From contig JAULAX010000015.1 in NCBI GenBank assembly GCA_032654565.1, positions 64,001 through 128,000 of the forward strand: a DNA stretch of 64,000 nucleotides. The letters run 5' to 3'. Each line of letters starts with the position of its first letter. The stretch's first letter is position 1. The notes under the pieces were generated by a model that worked only from the letters and a program-made list of their open reading frames with translations, did no database searches and was not told the origin of the DNA. Position numbers and translations under genes: made by a program. This document shows, one piece after another, positions 60,364 to 64,000 of the stretch. Source of the DNA: Anaeromyxobacteraceae bacterium (GTDB lineage: Bacteria; Myxococcota; Myxococcia; Myxococcales; Anaeromyxobacteraceae).

Positions 60364-60739
60364 CACCTCGAGCTGGATCTCCTTCCTGGCGGGCGGGGGG
60401 CCGGAGCTGGTCCAGCAGGCCCTCGACGAGCGGCGCGTCCACCTGCCGCCGGTCGTGGCCGCAGAGCTCCTGAGCGGGCGGCTCTCCGGGTCGGACCGGC
60501 GGGCCCTGACCTCGCTCCTCGACGACCTGCCGCTGGTGCCGGCCGATCGCGCCCACTGGTGCCGGGTCGGCCGACTTCGGGCCTGGCTCGGCCAGCGAGG
60601 CCTGGCCGTCTCGACGCCGGATGCCCACGTGGCCCAGTGCGCCCTGGACCTCGGCGCGGACCTGCTCACCGAGGACCGGATCTTCTCGAAGGTGGCCGCC
60701 CAGGCGCCCCTCCGGCTGGCGACGGCCGGGCCTGGGTAG
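60344..60739 (+). CDS. vapC: PIN-domain VapC toxin
   Basis: IDTSSWI, AELLSG, DAHVA, TEDRIF acidic residues. Confidence 0.88.
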   Translation: MNALVIDTSSWISFLAGGGPELVQQALDERRVHLPPVVAAELLSGRLSGSDRRALTSLLDDLPLVPADRAHWCRVGRLRAWLGQRGLAVSTPDAHVAQCALDLGADLLTEDRIFSKVAAQAPLRLATAGPG

Positions 60740-60784
60740 GACTCCAGCACGGTCTTCCCGAACCAGTCGCTGGCCTCCACTCGC

Positions 60785-61483
60785 TCAGGTGCTGTCAACG
60801 TTGCCAGGCTGGAGTTGAGGTCGCAGGAGAGGTTGAAGGTCCGCGTCGGCGCCTTCGGGATCGAGGAGTTCATTCGTTCGATGCTCGAAATAGTTCGGAC
60901 GCCCGAACCGCACCAGGAGTGCGTGTTCCGCGACATGTTGGTGGCGACCCCCCGCTCGTCGGTGATCGCCGTGCTCCAATGTGTCCAGGTAGCACTTCAG
61001 GTTGGCGGCGATCTTCTCGAAAACCCGCGGGATGAGCGGCATCAGGTCATCGATGCCAGGCGTCCTGGTCGCGAGGCGGCCGTGGTCGTGCTCGACGTGA
61101 CTGATGATGCGCCGCCGTTCGGACGTGGGCAGCGCCTTGAACGGGTCGCGGGCCAGCCGGTCGTGGAAGTTGGAGAGGTGGATGAACGCGCAGCCAAACC
61201 GGTAGACGGATTCTGCCCATCCGGTGAGGAAGTTCGCCAAGCGCACCATCCCGCGGTCGGTGATGCGGCGACCGTTCGCGCTCCGCCACACCCGCCCGCT
61301 GACCGAGTCCTCGACGAGCTGCATGCGCCGCCGGCGGTCCTTCAAGGCGAGCAGGTACATGACGCGGACCGTCGAGCCGCCGGGCTGGCGTACTCGAGGA
61401 CCGGGCTTGTGAGGAGGGTGGCACCGCCTTGCCGCGTCGTCCCTGTGAACTTGATCCTCACGGTCATCGGGACGAACCTCCAC
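60785..61483 (-). pseudogene. Lower-GC hypothetical ORF, probably a 5'-truncated fragment; protein-like core about 60965-61375
   Basis: Core STVRVMYLL...ITDRGMV...WAESVYRFGCAFIHLSNFHD...VFEKIAANLKCYL looks globular; flanking translation looks non-coding. Confidence 0.4.
60865..60907. repeat. 43-nt dispersed element, copy B
   Basis: GGAGTTCATTCGTTCGATGCTCGAAATAGTTCGGACGCCCGAA. Confidence 0.8.
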
Positions 61484-61605
61484 GGGGAGAATGGAGGAAG
61501 GAGCCTATCCACCTTGTGGACGCCCCATCAATCGCCGGGTTCACGGTGCGAGAAGTCGGACTGAGCGTCGCAGGCTTGGGCCAGGCCCGATGGTAGATTC
61601 TCGTG

Positions 61606-62520
61606 GTGCGCCTCCTCACCACCGCCCCCGCCAAGGTGAACCTGGTGCTGCGGGTCGGCCCGCCGCGGCCCGACGGCTACCACGACCTCTCCACGCTGCT
61701 GGTCCCGCTCGACCTCGGCGACCTCGTCGAGGTGCGGGTCGGCGCCCGCCGCGGGCCGGTCACCTGCCGCGTCCCCGGCCACCGCGGGCTCGACGGCGCC
61801 GCCAACCTCGCCGCCCGCGCCGCCGAGGCCTTCCGCGAGCGCTTCTCGGTCGAGCGGGCCGTCGCCATCCGCATCGAGAAGCGCACCCCCATCACCGCCG
61901 GCCTCGGCGGCGGCTCCTCCGACGCCGCCGCGGTGCTCCGCTGCCTGGCCCGGGCCTTCGGCGTCACCGACCGGGCGGCGCTCGCCGAGGTGGGGCTCTC
62001 GATCGGCTCCGACGTCCCCTTCTTCCTCGGCCCCGGCCCGGCCTGGGCCGCCGGGCGCGGCGAGCGGCTCCGCCCGGCCACGGTGGCGCCGCTCCACCTG
62101 GTCCTCCTCTACCCCCGCGATCCGGCCCTGGCCATCCGGGCAGCGGACGCTTACCGCTGGCTGGACGCCGATCGCGGCGCGGCCCCGGTCCCGTCCCTCC
62201 CTCGCGCCGCCCGCTGGCGACCGACCCTTCTGGGGAATGACCTCCAGCCCCCCTGCGTGGCCCGCCATCCCCCCTTAGATCGACTGGTGGAGCGGCTCAC
62301 CGGCGCCGGCGCCACCGCGACGCTGATGTCCGGGAGCGGTCCCACCGTCTTCGGCCTCTTCACCGGCCGGGCTGCGGCCCGGCGAGCGGCGAGGGGGCTG
62401 GGCGCGGCGGCCGGGCGGGACCTGGAGGTCCTGCTGGCGCGTACGGTGACGCGGCAGCCTGGGGTGTCTTCATGGAGATCACCGACGTCCGCGTCTACCC
62501 GGTCGACGAGGAGAAGCTGA
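61606..62520 (+). CDS. ispE: 4-diphosphocytidyl-2-C-methyl-D-erythritol kinase
   Basis: APAKVNL, GYHDL, AGLGGGSSDAA, GSDVPFF, MSGSGPTVF. Confidence 0.93.
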   Translation: MRLLTTAPAKVNLVLRVGPPRPDGYHDLSTLLVPLDLGDLVEVRVGARRGPVTCRVPGHRGLDGAANLAARAAEAFRERFSVERAVAIRIEKRTPITAGLGGGSSDAAAVLRCLARAFGVTDRAALAEVGLSIGSDVPFFLGPGPAWAAGRGERLRPATVAPLHLVLLYPRDPALAIRAADAYRWLDADRGAAPVPSLPRAARWRPTLLGNDLQPPCVARHPPLDRLVERLTGAGATATLMSGSGPTVFGLFTGRAAARRAARGLGAAAGRDLEVLLARTVTRQPGVSSWRSPTSASTRSTRRS

Positions 62521-62777
62521 GGGCCTACGTCACCGTCACCCTCGACGGCTGCTTCGTGGTCCGCGACCTCAAGGTCATCCAGGGGGCCACCGGCCTCTTC
62601 GTGGCCATGCCCGCCAAGCGGCGCAAGGACGGCACCTTCAAGGACGTGGCCCACCCGCTCAACGCCGAGACCCGGGAGCGGTTCGAGCGGGCCATCCTGG
62701 CCGCCTACGAGCTCGAGGCCCGCCGGCTCCTCGCCGTCCGCCCCACCGGGACCGGCCCCCAGCTGCACGGTGGCTGA
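62472..62777 (+). CDS. spoVG: SpoVG-family nucleic-acid-binding protein
   Basis: MEITDVRV, KLRAYV, GLFVAMP, FKDVAHPLN. Confidence 0.92.
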   Translation: MEITDVRVYPVDEEKLRAYVTVTLDGCFVVRDLKVIQGATGLFVAMPAKRRKDGTFKDVAHPLNAETRERFERAILAAYELEARRLLAVRPTGTGPQLHGG

Positions 62778-62903
62778 GCACCTGGCCGCCGGCCCCCTCG
62801 CTCCGGTTCGTCACAGTCGGCGAAGACGGCGTGTCACGCGCACGTGGCGGTCGACGGCGGTCGGCCCGGTCTGCTATTGACGCATCTCCCAGAGGGGGTG
62901 CGG

Positions 62904-63869
62904 ATGTCTGCCAACGGTTCCAGGCCCGACTACAAGCTGTTCGCCGGCAACTCCAACCCCAAGCTGGCCCAGGCCATCGCCGCGGCGCTGGGGCGGCCGC
63001 TCTCGGCGGCCATGGTGGGGCGCTTCTCCGACGGCGAGATCCAGGTGGAGATCGGCGAGAACATCCGCGGCCAGGACACCTACATCATCCAGTCCACCTG
63101 CGCCGACGCCAACATCAACCTGATGGAGCTGCTGATCATGATCGACGCGCTCAAGCGCGCCTCGGCCGGCACCATCAACGCCGTGCTCCCCTACTACGGC
63201 TACGCCCGCCAGGACCGCAAGGTGGCCTCGCGCAGCCCCATCACCGCCAAGCTGGTGGCCGACCTGCTGGAGGCGGCCGGGGCCACCCGGGTGGTCTCCA
63301 TGGACATGCACGCCGGGCAGATCCAGGGCTTCTTCAACATCCCCTTCGACCACCTCTACGCCGCGCCGGTGCTGCTCGACCACATGCGCAAGCGGTTCGA
63401 GGGGCGCTCCGACGACCTGGTCATCGTCTCCCCCGACGCCGGCGGCGTGGAGCGGGCCCGCGCCTACTCCAAGCGGCTGGGGGCCGCCCTCTGCATCGTC
63501 GACAAGCGGCGGCTCAAGGCCAACGTCGCCGAGGTGCTCAACGTCATCGGCGACGTGGCCGGCAAGTCCTGCGTGCTGCTCGACGACATGATCGACACCG
63601 CCGGCACCCTCACCCAGGCGGCCAACGCCCTGGTCGACAAGGGGGCGGCCCGGGTCTTCGCCTACGCCAGCCACGCGGTGCTCTCCGGCCCGGCGGTGGA
63701 GCGGATCCAGAAGAGCCCCATCGAGGAGGTGGTGGTGACCGACTCCATCCCGCTCTCGCCGACCGCCGCCGGCTGCACCAAGATCCGCGCCCTCTCCTGC
63801 GCCCCGCTCTTCGCCGAGGCGGTGAAGCGGATCCACGGCGGCGACTCGCTCAGCAGCCTGTTCGTCTAA
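62904..63869 (+). CDS. prs: Ribose-phosphate pyrophosphokinase
   Basis: RFSDGE, YYGYARQDRK, DMHAGQIQGFF, VSPDAGG, DDMIDTAGT. Confidence 0.96.
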   Translation: MSANGSRPDYKLFAGNSNPKLAQAIAAALGRPLSAAMVGRFSDGEIQVEIGENIRGQDTYIIQSTCADANINLMELLIMIDALKRASAGTINAVLPYYGYARQDRKVASRSPITAKLVADLLEAAGATRVVSMDMHAGQIQGFFNIPFDHLYAAPVLLDHMRKRFEGRSDDLVIVSPDAGGVERARAYSKRLGAALCIVDKRRLKANVAEVLNVIGDVAGKSCVLLDDMIDTAGTLTQAANALVDKGAARVFAYASHAVLSGPAVERIQKSPIEEVVVTDSIPLSPTAAGCTKIRALSCAPLFAEAVKRIHGGDSLSSLFV

Positions 63870-63874
63870 GCTAG

Positions 63875-64000
63875 AGCGCGGACGGGGCGAGGCCGCCCGG
63901 AGGGCGAGCTTCGCAGCCCCAGCCGCGCGAGGGGACGATCGATCGGTCCCGGCCGGACTGGTGCAAGCGCGGACGGGGCGAGGCCGCCCGGAGGGCGAGC
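63875..64000 (+). repeat. Intergenic direct repeat (35 nt identical, 91-nt period), truncated by the window end
   Basis: AGCGCGGACGGGGCGAGGCCGCCCGGAGGGCGAGC at 63875-63909 and 63966-64000. Confidence 0.8.

Noticed and set aside
62472..62520. 49-nt ispE/spoVG overlap as a frameshift, and spoVG as novel outside Firmicutes
   Set aside because: All IspE motifs precede the overlap; spoVG near ispE and prs is a known arrangement.
62778..62903. tRNA-Gln, often found between ispE and prs
   Set aside because: No cloverleaf or T-loop signature seen here.

Overview
Very GC-rich bacterial chromosomal segment; gene content and order suggest Myxococcota, Anaeromyxobacter-like (inference). It is mostly core metabolism on the minus strand: rqcH/NFACT, ROK kinase, PMM/PGM, GDP-mannose pyrophosphorylase, NUDIX, uppP, sahR-ahcY, metK, a complete mannose-type PTS cluster with hprK/rapZ, an ars operon, dinB, glgA-galT-GH57, mqnD and hpt, then ispE-spoVG-prs on the plus strand. 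Accessory content includes a 2443-aa surface lipoprotein with a partner gene, Bor-like lipoproteins and two toxin-antitoxin-like pairs. The most striking item is at about 56.9-58.6 kb: an ECF sigma factor with no conventional anti-sigma gene, surrounded by three paralogous 56-57-aa single-TM proteins that the ORF track does not call as such. Each is preceded by an identically spaced GTCAGAT-N14-TGTC(T/C)-N8-GAAGGCGCG motif. Also notable: a 21-aa Lys-rich peptide gene with its own promoter and a terminator abutting rqcH; a 43-nt element present twice about 54 kb apart; and pervasive TANNNT motifs 6-10 nt before start codons, suggesting leaderless expression. No rRNA, tRNA, CRISPR array or intact transposase was recognised. 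All product calls come from motif recognition by eye, not from database searches.
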